A stretch of 64,000 nucleotides of DNA from Vicinamibacterales bacterium (GCA_036802945.1 DAIRVG010000013.1:634-64633); one strand, 5' to 3'. Counted from the first letter of the stretch, positions 36,532 to 46,343 are shown. A program made the numbers and translations. Notes: generated by a model from the letters alone, not told the origin.

Positions 36532-38407
36532 GGTTCGGCGCGAGATCACTCAAGCCTTGGCCCGTGGGGACGCCCGGCAGGTTGTACGAATAGTCCAGGA
36601 TACCGCCAAGCGCGATCGGACGCCGGGATGTTGGCGAGCCATCCACCGTGCCTTGCGAGGGAAGGAGGGAGCAATTGATGGGCTGTTCGTCGAGCTCGCG
36701 TCATTGCAGATTGCGATTGCCGCTTCGTTCACTGCTGACAACCTGGCCCCCTACCTTGACGTAGTCTGCTTGCTTGCCGGCATCAACGCGAACATTCACG
36801 TCTTGCCATACAACCAGTTCCAGATGGAGTTTCGTAATCCGACCAGCAAGATGCACCAGTTCAACCCGCAAGTGACGGTGTTTCTCGCGGAATTGGCTGA
36901 CTTGATCGGGTACGTTGGACCGTTTGAAGACAAGAAGGCGTTTGACGTTGCCGTTAAGCAAGCCGTTCGCGCGGTCGTGGATGTCGCCACAGCCTTTCAG
37001 AGTCACGCGAAAGGACATCTGCTGGTTCATAACTTCGTTATGCCCCTTTCTGCATCGGACAATCCGCTCGGTCATCCCGGATTGGGCTCTGTCAGTTTTT
37101 ATCGCACGGTGAACGCGGCGCTTCCTGGTTCGGTGGGCGAAATGCCAGGCGTGTTTGTCGTTGACTTGGATCACCTTGCGTCTCGACTTGGCTCCGAGAC
37201 GGCCGTCAATCGGCGCATGCGATATTTGGCGCGTATGCCGTTATCAGAGGCCCTGGCCCAGGAGCTGGCGCAGGTTCATGCCGTGCATTTCCGGGCGCTC
37301 TGCGGCAAGATCCGCAAGTGCCTCGTGCTGGACTTGGACGATGTGTTGTGGGGCGGGGTGGTCGGTGAGGATGGCGTAACGGATGTGGCGATTGGTGATG
37401 AACCTCCCGGCAATGTCTACCGCGACATCCAACGCGCAGTCCGTCGGCTCTACGAGCGCGGCGTCATTCTCGCCATAGCCAGCAAGAATAATCCGGGGGA
37501 CGCATTGGCCGTTTTCGCAGACCGCAAAGAGATGATTCTTCGTCGCGATGACTTTGCGGCGATCGAAATTGGATGGGGTGACAAGGCCTCGGCACTCCGA
37601 CGTATTGCCAAGCATCTGGATATCGGCTTGGATGCGCTGGTGTTCCTGGACGACAGTCCCCAGGAGCGCCTGCTGGTGCAGACCGAACTTCCCGAGGTTG
37701 AGGTAATTCCCTTTCCACAAGATATCTGCGCCCTGCCGGACGTGTTGCTGTCCTGCGGCTTGTTTGACGCTTTCCACATCACTGACGAAGACCGGCGCCG
37801 AGGACAGATGTACGCTGAACGCAAGCAACGTTACGACGCGCGGGCAGATGCAACCGATGTGACGTCTTTTCTCGAATCGCTGGCGGTGGTCGCTGAGGTG
37901 TTGCCGGCTGGGCATGGAGATATTCCTAGGATAGCCCAGCTTACTCAGCGGACGAACCAGTTCAATTTGACCACGCGGCGTTACTCGGAATCGGCCATCG
38001 CCTCCATGCTGGGCAATCCGGCCTGGTTAGTATTGACTTTGACCGTGCGAGATCGTTTCGGAGATGAAGGCGTCGTCGGCGTTTCCTTAACGTGCGTGGA
38101 AGGGGACCGTGCTCATGTCGATTCGTTCCTGATGAGTTGTCGCGTGCTGGGACGGGGCCTAGAGCAGGCGTTTCTCGCTGCGACCCTGATGTATGTTTCC
38201 CTGGCAGGCGCAACACGTGTGTCCTCTGAATACGTTCCGAGCCCGAAGAATGCGCAGGCCAAAGCTTTCTATGCTTCCCACGGATTTCGCGAGATTGGTC
38301 GGGAGGCAGGCGCTATTACATATGAATTACTGACGACAAGTTCAAGACCGAAGGTCCCCCATTGGATTCAGTTGCGGTCAGCAGCCAACAATTCGGTTGC
38401 GTCTTGA
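36515..38407 (+). CDS. FkbH-like HAD-IIIC phosphatase/acyl-loading protein with a C-terminal GNAT-like domain
   Basis: HAD-IIIC signature: CLVLDLDDVLWGGVVGEDG..ILAIASKNN..GWGDKASALRRIAKHLDIGLDALVFLDDSPQER. The C-terminal part reads DRFGDEGVVGV..SCRVLGRGLEQAFL. Confidence 0.9.
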   Translation: MTSPIEVRREITQALARGDARQVVRIVQDTAKRDRTPGCWRAIHRALRGKEGAIDGLFVELASLQIAIAASFTADNLAPYLDVVCLLAGINANIHVLPYNQFQMEFRNPTSKMHQFNPQVTVFLAELADLIGYVGPFEDKKAFDVAVKQAVRAVVDVATAFQSHAKGHLLVHNFVMPLSASDNPLGHPGLGSVSFYRTVNAALPGSVGEMPGVFVVDLDHLASRLGSETAVNRRMRYLARMPLSEALAQELAQVHAVHFRALCGKIRKCLVLDLDDVLWGGVVGEDGVTDVAIGDEPPGNVYRDIQRAVRRLYERGVILAIASKNNPGDALAVFADRKEMILRRDDFAAIEIGWGDKASALRRIAKHLDIGLDALVFLDDSPQERLLVQTELPEVEVIPFPQDICALPDVLLSCGLFDAFHITDEDRRRGQMYAERKQRYDARADATDVTSFLESLAVVAEVLPAGHGDIPRIAQLTQRTNQFNLTTRRYSESAIASMLGNPAWLVLTLTVRDRFGDEGVVGVSLTCVEGDRAHVDSFLMSCRVLGRGLEQAFLAATLMYVSLAGATRVSSEYVPSPKNAQAKAFYASHGFREIGREAGAITYELLTTSSRPKVPHWIQLRSAANNSVAS

Positions 38408-38603
38408 ACTTGGTGCATCTCGATTAGGTTTTTGCCCTCATCAACCGTCCTGTAATCGACGGCGTGATAGAACGCCTCAACCGCCAGATCATGAGCGCCA
38501 AGAGCGACGGCTTCCACCATCGGCAGCACTTCATCATGGCGATCATTGTTCAATCCGCGGGCAATTGATTTCTACCAACCGCATCCTTGGAAGAGCCAAA
38601 TAG

Positions 38604-39563
38604 ATGACAACCAATTTATCTGAAGTGCTGGCTAGCCAGCGTGGCACCTATCCGCGAACAACCGGCGCCATCGAACAGTTCTTAACCTCCGGTGACTTAC
38701 TCGCGCCGTCTATACGCTATCTGATCGCGAACGACGGTGATGAGTTTTGGACGAATGCTGAGGAGGTGTTGAGCGTGTTTGCAATGCTAACAGGCACCGA
38801 CTATGAACGCCGGCTTGAGGCGCTTCATCGGTATACATACATGTATCTGCAAACGCAGGTGGTCTATACGCGGTCAGGCCGGTATGCCAGTTCTTCATTC
38901 GACGACGTACGGGCGAAAGTGTATGAAAATGCTGAAGTGATGAATGGCTACTATCTCGATGGCCTGTATCTTAGTCAGGCATTTTGGCCGGGACACTTGC
39001 GGGTCAACCGCTTCTTTCGGAATGAGTTTGTCAAGCGTGTTCCGGCGGGCGCACGGTTTCTGGAGGTCGGCGTCGGGCATGGCTGGTTTTTTTCAGAAAT
39101 GCTACTGCGGGTGTCAAACTCGAGGGGTACGGCACTGGACATCAGCCCGTTTTCAATCAACTACGCGGAGGCTGTGACTAGGGTCCGAGGCGTTGACCCT
39201 GCCCGTTACACTATGAGGCAGGGCGACGCTTTACGAGACTTGGGCGTGCCGCGAGGCACTTTGGACGCTTCTATTTGCGGTGAAGTGCTGGAACACGTCG
39301 AACAACCTCGTCAGCTGGTTGAGCGAATCCGGGACAGCTTGCGTCCGGGTGGCCTCGCCTATTTTTCAGCGCCAGCCAAGAGTGACGCTGTGGATCACAT
39401 CTACGAATTCTCCGACGCTGACAAAGTCTTCGAAGTCGTTGCTCAAGGCGGGTTGATCCCCGTGGCAACGCAAACTTTGCGACTTCATGACTGGAACACT
39501 ACAGGAAGGAATTGGGATCCAACCGTACTTGTGATGGTCGTCGGCCAGAAATCAGCAAGCTAA
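38604..39563 (+). CDS. Class I SAM-dependent methyltransferase
   Basis: Motif I is FLEVGVGHGWF, followed by ALDISP. The post-II region is ICGEVLEHV and the motif III-like region is LRPGGLAYFSAP. Confidence 0.85.
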   Translation: MTTNLSEVLASQRGTYPRTTGAIEQFLTSGDLLAPSIRYLIANDGDEFWTNAEEVLSVFAMLTGTDYERRLEALHRYTYMYLQTQVVYTRSGRYASSSFDDVRAKVYENAEVMNGYYLDGLYLSQAFWPGHLRVNRFFRNEFVKRVPAGARFLEVGVGHGWFFSEMLLRVSNSRGTALDISPFSINYAEAVTRVRGVDPARYTMRQGDALRDLGVPRGTLDASICGEVLEHVEQPRQLVERIRDSLRPGGLAYFSAPAKSDAVDHIYEFSDADKVFEVVAQGGLIPVATQTLRLHDWNTTGRNWDPTVLVMVVGQKSAS

Positions 39564-39682
39564 CTTAGTTTCGTTGAGCGATTTCACGAAACGATCGTCC
39601 CTCTCCATTTAGAAGAATCACAGACAGTAATTTTGTAGCCACCGGCTCAGTCGGCCACAGATGCTGCGGAGGAAACCGCCAG

Positions 39683-39943
39683 ATGAGCAACAACGCAAAG
39701 ATAGACGCCGCACAGCTCCAGCTTGCCGAAGTAGTGGCGACGGCGCTTGAACTTGAACCTGTTGAGGTTCATGACAGACTGACGCCAGCGGACGTGGCGG
39801 TCTGGGATTCATTCACACACGTGATGCTCATCACGCACGTCGAGGAGGCTTTTGGCGTCAAGATCGGGCCGAAGGAAGCTACGAGGGTTAGGTCGGTCGG
39901 AGACATATCTGCATTGCTGCGCAGCCGAGGAATTGAGATCTAG
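39683..39943 (+). CDS. Acyl carrier protein (stand-alone)
   Basis: 86 aa with VAVWDSFTHVMLITHVEEAFGVKI, where the Ser in WDS is the putative phosphopantetheine site. A strong GGAGG box sits upstream. Confidence 0.8.
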   Translation: MSNNAKIDAAQLQLAEVVATALELEPVEVHDRLTPADVAVWDSFTHVMLITHVEEAFGVKIGPKEATRVRSVGDISALLRSRGIEI

Positions 39944-39945
39944 CG

Positions 39946-40659
39946 ATGGACAGATCGTCGCCTGTTTTCAAGTTGCCCCATCGAGTGCGCGAAAAGGGAC
40001 TGGTTGCAATTGCTGGATCTGTCGGGCGACGAGTCGCCAACGACCGCTTTCCGGCTAGGCTTCTGAGATTTCGCCGAAGTGTCTTATGTGGAATGAATGT
40101 GCCGGAGCCGACGCGAATCCCGGTACTTAGTGGCGTGACGTCCCGTTGCGTTGCGCTCGACGAACTTCATGAATTTAGTGATTTCCTATCCAGCTCGTCT
40201 CGCAATTCTCATTTCTTACAAGACGGTTCCATCTGCGCTGCGGCCATCGCGGAAGACAAAGTCGGTGCCGTTGCGTGGGCGAGACTTGGACCTCGTGAAT
40301 GCGTGGTGGACGACAGCTATAGCCACGGCTTTCGGTGGCAGTTGGAAGCTGACGAAGCATGGCTCCACAATGGCGAAGCGCGAGCAGACTTGCAGGGGAC
40401 CGGCGTTTATTTGTCGGCATTTAGGCGATTGCTGGAGGAATTGGATGCGCGTGGAGTAGTGCGTTGTTACGGACACATCGCCGAGCACAACGCCGCTTCA
40501 CTTAGTGCTCATCGCCGTTTGGGCCTGCGGCAACTCGCAACCCTGCAATATACCCGCGTCGCGGGCGTGGGCTTTTATCGCTGGCGATCGCCACTCTGTT
40601 CTGGCAGCGTCTGGACGTTCAAGCGCAGTCTGCGCTTGCGCCCGGCGGATTTCCTTTGA
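39946..40659 (+). CDS. GNAT-family N-acyltransferase (candidate ACP-dependent acyl transfer)
   Basis: The ATG lies 3 nt after the ACP stop. LQGTGVYLSAFRRLLEELDARGV..GHIAEHNAASLSAHRRLG resembles GNAT motifs A and B. Confidence 0.65.
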   Translation: MDRSSPVFKLPHRVREKGLVAIAGSVGRRVANDRFPARLLRFRRSVLCGMNVPEPTRIPVLSGVTSRCVALDELHEFSDFLSSSSRNSHFLQDGSICAAAIAEDKVGAVAWARLGPRECVVDDSYSHGFRWQLEADEAWLHNGEARADLQGTGVYLSAFRRLLEELDARGVVRCYGHIAEHNAASLSAHRRLGLRQLATLQYTRVAGVGFYRWRSPLCSGSVWTFKRSLRLRPADFL

Positions 40660-40757
40660 AACCTGATAAGACTGGTCGCGTTCTCCGCGGACGAGGTTGT
40701 GGGCGGCTTTGCTCGCCTCAGGATTTCGAACTCCCCGTTTCAACCAAGCGAGGTCTC

Positions 40758-41615
40758 ATGAATGACAACCGAATTTCTGACGATTTCGAACACGACTTCC
40801 TGGCCAAAGGACTCGATCAGCAGATTCGGAGTTGCGCGAGCTATGTTTTGACCCCGCTGTTCCTGGAGTCGCTCCGCACACACCAGCCTGTGCTGGAGGC
40901 TGGTTGCGGCAGTGGGCGGTGGATGCACTTCTTCAAGCCACAAGGGATCGAAGTCGTCGGCGTGGATTGGAGCACCTCGTTACGGGACCGCTCCCGGGCG
41001 CACGATCCGGCGGTCCAATTTGACACAGGGGATCTGCGGGCGCTGCCCTACCCCGATGGCGCATTCGGCGCGATCATCGCCCTGGGTTCGCCGGAGCATG
41101 TGTTGGAGGGACCGAGCAAGATCTACCAGGAATTCCACCGCGTCATTCGGCCTGGCGGCGTTGGAATCATCACCGTCCCCTACCTCTCGCGATTTCGGGG
41201 GCTGACCTACACGCTTACGGCTGAACCCACCCGGCGGCTCAAACGAAACCGGTGGCTTCGCCGGATGGCAAAGAAACCGCCCTTGAAAAACGGTAATCCC
41301 ATTTCATACCGGGAGATGATGGCCAAGAAGTATCGCCCGGATGTTTGCATGGAACTGGATTTCGACGGCTTTTTTTACGAATACCAATTCACCAAAGCTC
41401 AATTGAGGGAGGAACTACAAAGAGCTGCGTTCAAAGTGGACCGCCTTTTCGCCTTCAGCGGCGAACATGGCATCGTTATCACCCTCGGGTCGTTGGCTGG
41501 ACGGATAGACCGGCAAACCTACCAAATCGACCTGACTTGGCTGGGCAAGCTGCTCCTGCGTCTCCTTTCGGTGGACGGAACCGGCCACATGCTTTGCGCC
41601 GTTGTTTCGAAATGA
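40758..41615 (+). CDS. Class I SAM-dependent methyltransferase
   Basis: Motif I is VLEAGCGSGRW, followed by VVGVDWS, DGAFGAIIALGSPEHV and IRPGGVGIITVP. The start is the ATG at 40758. Confidence 0.85.
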   Translation: MNDNRISDDFEHDFLAKGLDQQIRSCASYVLTPLFLESLRTHQPVLEAGCGSGRWMHFFKPQGIEVVGVDWSTSLRDRSRAHDPAVQFDTGDLRALPYPDGAFGAIIALGSPEHVLEGPSKIYQEFHRVIRPGGVGIITVPYLSRFRGLTYTLTAEPTRRLKRNRWLRRMAKKPPLKNGNPISYREMMAKKYRPDVCMELDFDGFFYEYQFTKAQLREELQRAAFKVDRLFAFSGEHGIVITLGSLAGRIDRQTYQIDLTWLGKLLLRLLSVDGTGHMLCAVVSK

Positions 41616-41752
41616 ACTCCGGGTGGCAATCGTCCTGACCAGGAATCCGAAGGATGTCTCGCTTGGGTCGGCCGTTCGAAGACCCATCTGATCCAGCGTC
41701 GATGGCCGGCACCGTTGGTTGAAGAACGCAAATGCGATCCTAGTTAACGTCC

Positions 41753-43513
41753 TTACTGCGAGGTTATACGCAGACTTCTGGGTGCCGCAGGCGGAGTTCC
41801 GATTCCTCTAGTACCAGTTGTCTGATACGCGCCCAGGTCAGAACTTGCACCGACAGCCGGTCTTGGCACTCCATCAGCTGCCTTCCGAATATCAAGGCCG
41901 TATAGACTCAGAAAGGTATCGTAGACTGATTCAACAGTCCCCGCGTTAGTGCCTGGAGACACGCTGTTCAGGTGAAAATCCCCAGTAGTTGCATTGACGA
42001 AGCTAGGGGAGGCCACGATCGTGTTCAGTCCCTTCCCAGTTGCGCTCTGGAAGCTGCTCACACTGGTAAAGGTTGCGGCGCTACCCCAGGACAATCGTGG
42101 AGCTTCGCCGATGAGCGTGTTCTTCAGCGTAGATGCGGCGGTAGAATTGACGCTTTCTAGAAATATGTGACGTCCCCCCGCGGCTGAAAGCCCCGCGATG
42201 ATGTTGTTGGCGGCGTACACATTTCCACCGCCTGGAAGATTGATCCCTCCTTCGATGTCATACACGGTGTTATCCACGACCCAGCGATTGACGCCGCCAG
42301 CCATCATGAACGCGGCGTTGGACCACGCGGAGTTGGGATTGAATCCACCCGAGAAGGCGTGAATATTATGAATGACATTGCCGACAAAATAGGAATTTGT
42401 GCCGGTGCCCAGGCCGCTGTCACTCGAAAGTCCGATCCCGAAGTCGTTGTCGTAGATGTGATTGAACAGAAACCAGATTCGTTCCGGGGCATATTGGAAG
42501 CCCATCCCAGAGCCGTAAGAGGAATTCCCCCGTCGATGCCCGTAGACAACATTCTGCGAGAAGATTACGTCTACAGCCTGCTTGCTCCAGAAGCCTGATT
42601 GTTTGTTGTGATGGGAGACATTACGACCGACGTAGATGTGATTAACCGAGGCTTGCCTGGTAGGATTGCCCGCGGCGATTTGGATGCCGTCGCCGCTGTT
42701 GCGATAAAACTCGCTGTCCAAGATCCAAATGTGGTCGGCCCCTCCATTCCATCCGATCCCGATTCCATGTTTGTCCTGATCGAAGGCAGCGTTGACGTCG
42801 CCATTGTCGTGGATGACGCAACCCAACACGACGAAGTTAGTAGTGATTGCTGGATAAGCCCAGCTTCCAATGAACATTCCACCGCTCGTCAGTGTTCCCC
42901 GCACCTCAGAGTTCCTGAGAGCGCCAGTGTTGACGGGAGCAATAATAGCTACACCACAACAGGCAAATGTGATGTTTTCCACGATGAAGTACGTGCCAGA
43001 AATCTCCCAACCCGCTGTTACAACAGGTCTGGAGCTGGAATTGGCGCCGCGCACAAATACAGGAGCGGTGCTCGTGCCATTCAGATGAAGCGTATAGGGA
43101 CTCGTGTGCGCCCTCGAATACGCACCACGAAGCTCCACCACCGATCCTGCGGGGACGATGTTGGGAATTGTCTTCCGTGGCTGTCCGGGCCATCCATGAG
43201 GATTGTTCGTGTCGGTCGCCGCAGCCACTGTTGAATCGACATAGTAGAAACCAGGTACATCTTGGATCCACGGGGAAGGATCACTCGGGGCGACCTGTGT
43301 GATTCCCCACGGTGGCACTGGAATCCCGATCGGTGGCTGCCATTGCGCGGGGGCTACATCTTGGATCGGCGGGGAAGGATCAATCGGTGCGATCTGCTTG
43401 ATTTCCCACGGTGGCACAGGAATCCCGATCGGTGGCTGCCCTTGCGCGAGGGCCGCAACCGAGATGCACACAATAAGAACGACGCCAATCGCGCTGGCTC
43501 GAAACGCCTTCAT
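41753..43513 (-). CDS. Secreted right-handed parallel beta-helix protein with an N-terminal Pro-rich 33-aa tandem repeat
   Basis: Signal peptide (VLIVCISVAALAQG). The repeat is QPPIGIPVPPWEIKQIAPIDPSP.IQDV, present twice. Beta-helix turns include NSGDGIQIAAG, GRNVSHHNKQSGF and FSQNVVYGH. An AAGGAGA Shine-Dalgarno box lies upstream. Confidence 0.85.
   Translation of the reverse strand: MKAFRASAIGVVLIVCISVAALAQGQPPIGIPVPPWEIKQIAPIDPSPPIQDVAPAQWQPPIGIPVPPWGITQVAPSDPSPWIQDVPGFYYVDSTVAAATDTNNPHGWPGQPRKTIPNIVPAGSVVELRGAYSRAHTSPYTLHLNGTSTAPVFVRGANSSSRPVVTAGWEISGTYFIVENITFACCGVAIIAPVNTGALRNSEVRGTLTSGGMFIGSWAYPAITTNFVVLGCVIHDNGDVNAAFDQDKHGIGIGWNGGADHIWILDSEFYRNSGDGIQIAAGNPTRQASVNHIYVGRNVSHHNKQSGFWSKQAVDVIFSQNVVYGHRRGNSSYGSGMGFQYAPERIWFLFNHIYDNDFGIGLSSDSGLGTGTNSYFVGNVIHNIHAFSGGFNPNSAWSNAAFMMAGGVNRWVVDNTVYDIEGGINLPGGGNVYAANNIIAGLSAAGGRHIFLESVNSTAASTLKNTLIGEAPRLSWGSAATFTSVSSFQSATGKGLNTIVASPSFVNATTGDFHLNSVSPGTNAGTVESVYDTFLSLYGLDIRKAADGVPRPAVGASSDLGAYQTTGTRGIGTPPAAPRSLRITSQ
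43256..43453 (-). repeat. 99-nt (33-codon) tandem duplication inside the beta-helix gene
   Basis: The copies at 43256..43354 and 43355..43453 align base for base with scattered mismatches. They encode QPPIGIPVPPW.I.Q.AP.DPSP.IQDV twice. Confidence 0.9.
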
Positions 43514-43551
43514 TAGAAGTCTCCTTGGACGAATTGCCCACGAACCCGAGT

Positions 43552-43567
43552 GGCATGTACCGTACCG
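43552..43567 (-). promoter_or_regulatory. Weak sigma-54-like element upstream of the beta-helix gene 41753..43513
   Basis: The minus strand reads CGGTACGGTACATGCC, with GG-N10-GC spacing and a -12 ATGC as in the cargo-gene promoter. The GC lies 40 nt upstream of the ATG at 43513. Confidence 0.3.
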
Positions 43568-43995
43568 TGGGGTTTCTATCGTACCGCGCGTCTTCTCTAG
43601 CCGAGTGGCCCTGTTTCCTCAGTCCGAAGCCGGCGGACCCTTGCTTCACCGGTAGTACTTTGGCACGCCGTTTCATGCGTGCTCACCCGTCTGACAGCCA
43701 TTGTTGTAACCGACATTACAATACTGAGTTGAACAGCGCCCCGTTTCGATCATTCAACGCAGCGGCTGAACTTTCGTAACGCCATGAATACGGTGGCCCA
43801 CTTGACCTGTCTGGGGCCCCCTCGCCGGCAGCGCGCTCATTCACAAGAGCGGTCACAGCAGCGGTTGACGTCCAACGGCGAATCCGCTTCGGCGTCGCCT
43901 TCGAGCAAACAGGTTTGCAATGCGGTAACTCTCGTGGCAAACGCAAACTCCGAAGGTCGCTCCCCATGCGACGGTAGACCCCGACAGGCCAGTAC

Positions 43996-45435
43996 ATGAT
44001 TCGTCTCCGCCACAAGATCCTACTCCACGCCTTTCAGGTCCTAGACCAGGTCATCCTCATCGGCGTGTTCCTAGGATGGTACCTCCTGTTGCCCGAGGGC
44101 GGTGAGCCGAGAAACGTCGGGGAATTGCTGCGACGAAATTTCGACGGCCAGGAAATCATGGGGATGGCCTTGCTGGCCCTGGGTTGGTACCTAATCTTTG
44201 TATCCAACGTCCATTACCAAGGCAACCGCTTTACCTCGCTGGCTTCGCAGGCGCTGGAACTGATCAAATCCAACAGCCTGGCCACGTTCCTCTTATTCGT
44301 GGTGCTAGTGACGTTCGGGCGGCACGGCTTCGACAATGTTCAGATCATTCTCTTCTGGGCGACCAGCATCGTGGCCGGCCTCGCGACCCGCGTCATGCTG
44401 CGACTCATGCTCATGCGCCTTCGTAGTTCTGGCAAGAACAATCGCCATATCCTCTTCGTCGGCACCAACCAAAGAGCCGTGGCCCTAGCCCACAGCGTGG
44501 CTGAGCGGCCCGAACTCGGGTACCGCATTGAGGGCTTCTTGGCCGAAGACAACTTCGGTTCAGAAAAACAACTTGTCCATCTCCGTTGGCCGATCCTAGG
44601 CACGATCGCGGACATGCGTAAGATCCTGGAAGACGACATCATCGATGAAGTGATGATCTGCCTGCCATTGGCTGAACATTTCCTCCAGATCTATAGGCTG
44701 GTCGGACTCTGCCAGGAGCGAGGGGTCGTCGTCCGCATCCGACCGGAAATCTTTGACGTGAAAGCGCTGTCCAAGTCCCAGATCGAGCTGTTCGAAGGCG
44801 AGTACATCGTCACCTTCTTCCGTGAAAACCTACTTGGCCAGCTGTTGGTGAAACGGCTCATCGACGTGGCGGCGGCCGCCACGCTGCTAGCCCTCCTCAG
44901 CCTCCCGATGTTACTGGTCGCAATCCTGATCAAACTCGACAGCCCCGGCCCCATCTTGTTCGTCCAGGAACGGATCGGCATGAACAAACGCCGCTTCAAA
45001 CTCCTCAAATTCAGGTCCATGGTCGCCGACGCGGAAGCAAAGAGAGCCTCCCTCCAGACCCTCAACGAGATGGACGGCCCCGTCTTCAAGGTCAGAGATG
45101 ATCCACGAACGACACGCGTCGGCAGATTCATCCGCCGCGCGAGCATCGACGAACTCCCCCAGCTCGTGAACGTTCTCAAAGGCGACATGAGCCTGGTCGG
45201 TCCACGCCCTCCGCTGCCGTCCGAGGTGGACCAGTACGAATGGATCAACCGCAAGCGCATTTCGATCATGCCGGGAATTACGTGCCTCTGGCAGATCAGT
45301 GGCCGCAACGAGGTCTCCTTCAAGGAGTGGATGGAACTCGACCGGCAGTACATCGAGAGCTGGTCCCTCTGGCTCGACCTCAAGATTCTAGTGAAAACGA
45401 TCCCCGTCGTGCTCTTTGGTAAAGGCGCACGGTGA
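43996..45435 (+). CDS. Large polyprenyl-phosphate hexose-1-phosphate transferase (WbaP/WcaJ type; EpsB-like priming enzyme)
   Basis: N-terminal TM bundle and a CoA-binding-like central domain (ILFVGTNQRAVALA). The C-terminal part reads KRLIDV..LDSPGPILFVQERIGMNKRRFKLLKFRSM..DPRTTRVGRFIRRASIDELPQLVNVLKGDMSLVGPRP. Confidence 0.92.
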   Translation: MIRLRHKILLHAFQVLDQVILIGVFLGWYLLLPEGGEPRNVGELLRRNFDGQEIMGMALLALGWYLIFVSNVHYQGNRFTSLASQALELIKSNSLATFLLFVVLVTFGRHGFDNVQIILFWATSIVAGLATRVMLRLMLMRLRSSGKNNRHILFVGTNQRAVALAHSVAERPELGYRIEGFLAEDNFGSEKQLVHLRWPILGTIADMRKILEDDIIDEVMICLPLAEHFLQIYRLVGLCQERGVVVRIRPEIFDVKALSKSQIELFEGEYIVTFFRENLLGQLLVKRLIDVAAAATLLALLSLPMLLVAILIKLDSPGPILFVQERIGMNKRRFKLLKFRSMVADAEAKRASLQTLNEMDGPVFKVRDDPRTTRVGRFIRRASIDELPQLVNVLKGDMSLVGPRPPLPSEVDQYEWINRKRISIMPGITCLWQISGRNEVSFKEWMELDRQYIESWSLWLDLKILVKTIPVVLFGKGAR

Positions 45436-46202
45436 TGAAACGCGTGGACTTCCTCGGGTGTCCAATCGATCTCTATACCAGTGCTGATTTGCTCACGGAG
45501 CTGAACTCTAAAATCGTCCGCAGAGCCGGCGCGCATGTCATCCATTTCGTCAATGGCAACAAAATCGCTAAGGCCCGCGAGGACTCGGCCATGCGCGATA
45601 TCTTGTGGCGGGGAGACTACGTCCTGGCCGACGGTCAGCCGCTACTTCCCATGGCGCGTATGCTCGGAATCCGTATTCCTGAGCGAATCGACGGAATCGG
45701 TCTCATGAACAGACTCCTAACCTTGGCCGACGAGAACCAATACCGAGTCTACCTTCTCGGAGCGCGGCAGGACATTCTGGAGAAGTGTGTAAGCATAATC
45801 CGACAGCGCTATCCGAATGTGCGGCTGGCCGGAAGCCGGAACGGTTATTTTCAGGAAGCTGACTTGCCAGAAATCGTTGCGCAGATCAACGCTGTCAGCC
45901 CGAATATTCTGTTCATCGGAATCCCGTCGCCCACTAAGGAACAATTTGCCGATCAATGGAAGAATGATATCCACGCCACCATCATCCAAGGCGTCGGTGG
46001 CAGCTTCGACGTGCTCGCTGGACTCGTCCCGCGCGCTCCCCTTTGGATGCAACGTTTTGGACTCGAGTGGTTCTATCGCGTCCTGCAGGAGCCCCGGAGA
46101 ATGTTCTGGCGCTACGCCAAGACCAATGCGCAGTGCCTCTGGATCTTCGCCCACGCTCTGGTCAAAAAGTACGGGGAGCTCAACCGTCCTCTTCCATTTT
46201 GA
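45432..46202 (+). CDS. WecB/TagA/CpsF-family glycosyltransferase (GT26)
   Basis: DGQPLLPMARMLG, YLLGARQDILEK and GVGGSFDVLAG...RAPLWMQRFGLEWFYRVLQEPRR. Confidence 0.92.
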   Translation: MMKRVDFLGCPIDLYTSADLLTELNSKIVRRAGAHVIHFVNGNKIAKAREDSAMRDILWRGDYVLADGQPLLPMARMLGIRIPERIDGIGLMNRLLTLADENQYRVYLLGARQDILEKCVSIIRQRYPNVRLAGSRNGYFQEADLPEIVAQINAVSPNILFIGIPSPTKEQFADQWKNDIHATIIQGVGGSFDVLAGLVPRAPLWMQRFGLEWFYRVLQEPRRMFWRYAKTNAQCLWIFAHALVKKYGELNRPLPF

Positions 46203-46343
46203 ACTCTGTGGTGATACCGGCAGCTATACATACTTCTGATGCGCGGTATCGTCGCCGTCAGTCAGTCACAATGTGTCTATCGTTGAATCTTTCGCGAGGC
46301 TCAGTTCGCGCATTCTCCAAGGGTGATTCGCGGGAGCGTCGTC

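Noticed and set aside
38368-38553. 61-aa minus-strand ORF in the 196-nt gap after the FkbH-like gene
   Set aside because: It looks mildly protein-like (DLAVEAFYHAVDYRTVDEG). However, it overlaps the FkbH 3' end, starts at a TTG without a ribosome site, and I recognise no family. It may be a gene remnant, but that is unsupported.
43661-43676. Perfect TGGCACG in the 482-nt gap upstream of the large priming transferase
   Set aside because: The -12 position reads TTCA rather than TTGC, so the nearly invariant GC is missing. I did not call it.
43936-43956. GGCAAACGCAAACTCCGAAGG resembles words from c-di-GMP-I (GEMM) riboswitches
   Set aside because: Only short words match. Their order and spacing, and the flanking helices, do not fit the GEMM architecture as I remember it. 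A covariance-model scan would be needed.
44691-45545. 284-aa minus-strand ORF
   Set aside because: It is antisense to the large priming transferase, whose motifs are unambiguous. It has no recognisable motifs and a Ser/Arg-rich composition.
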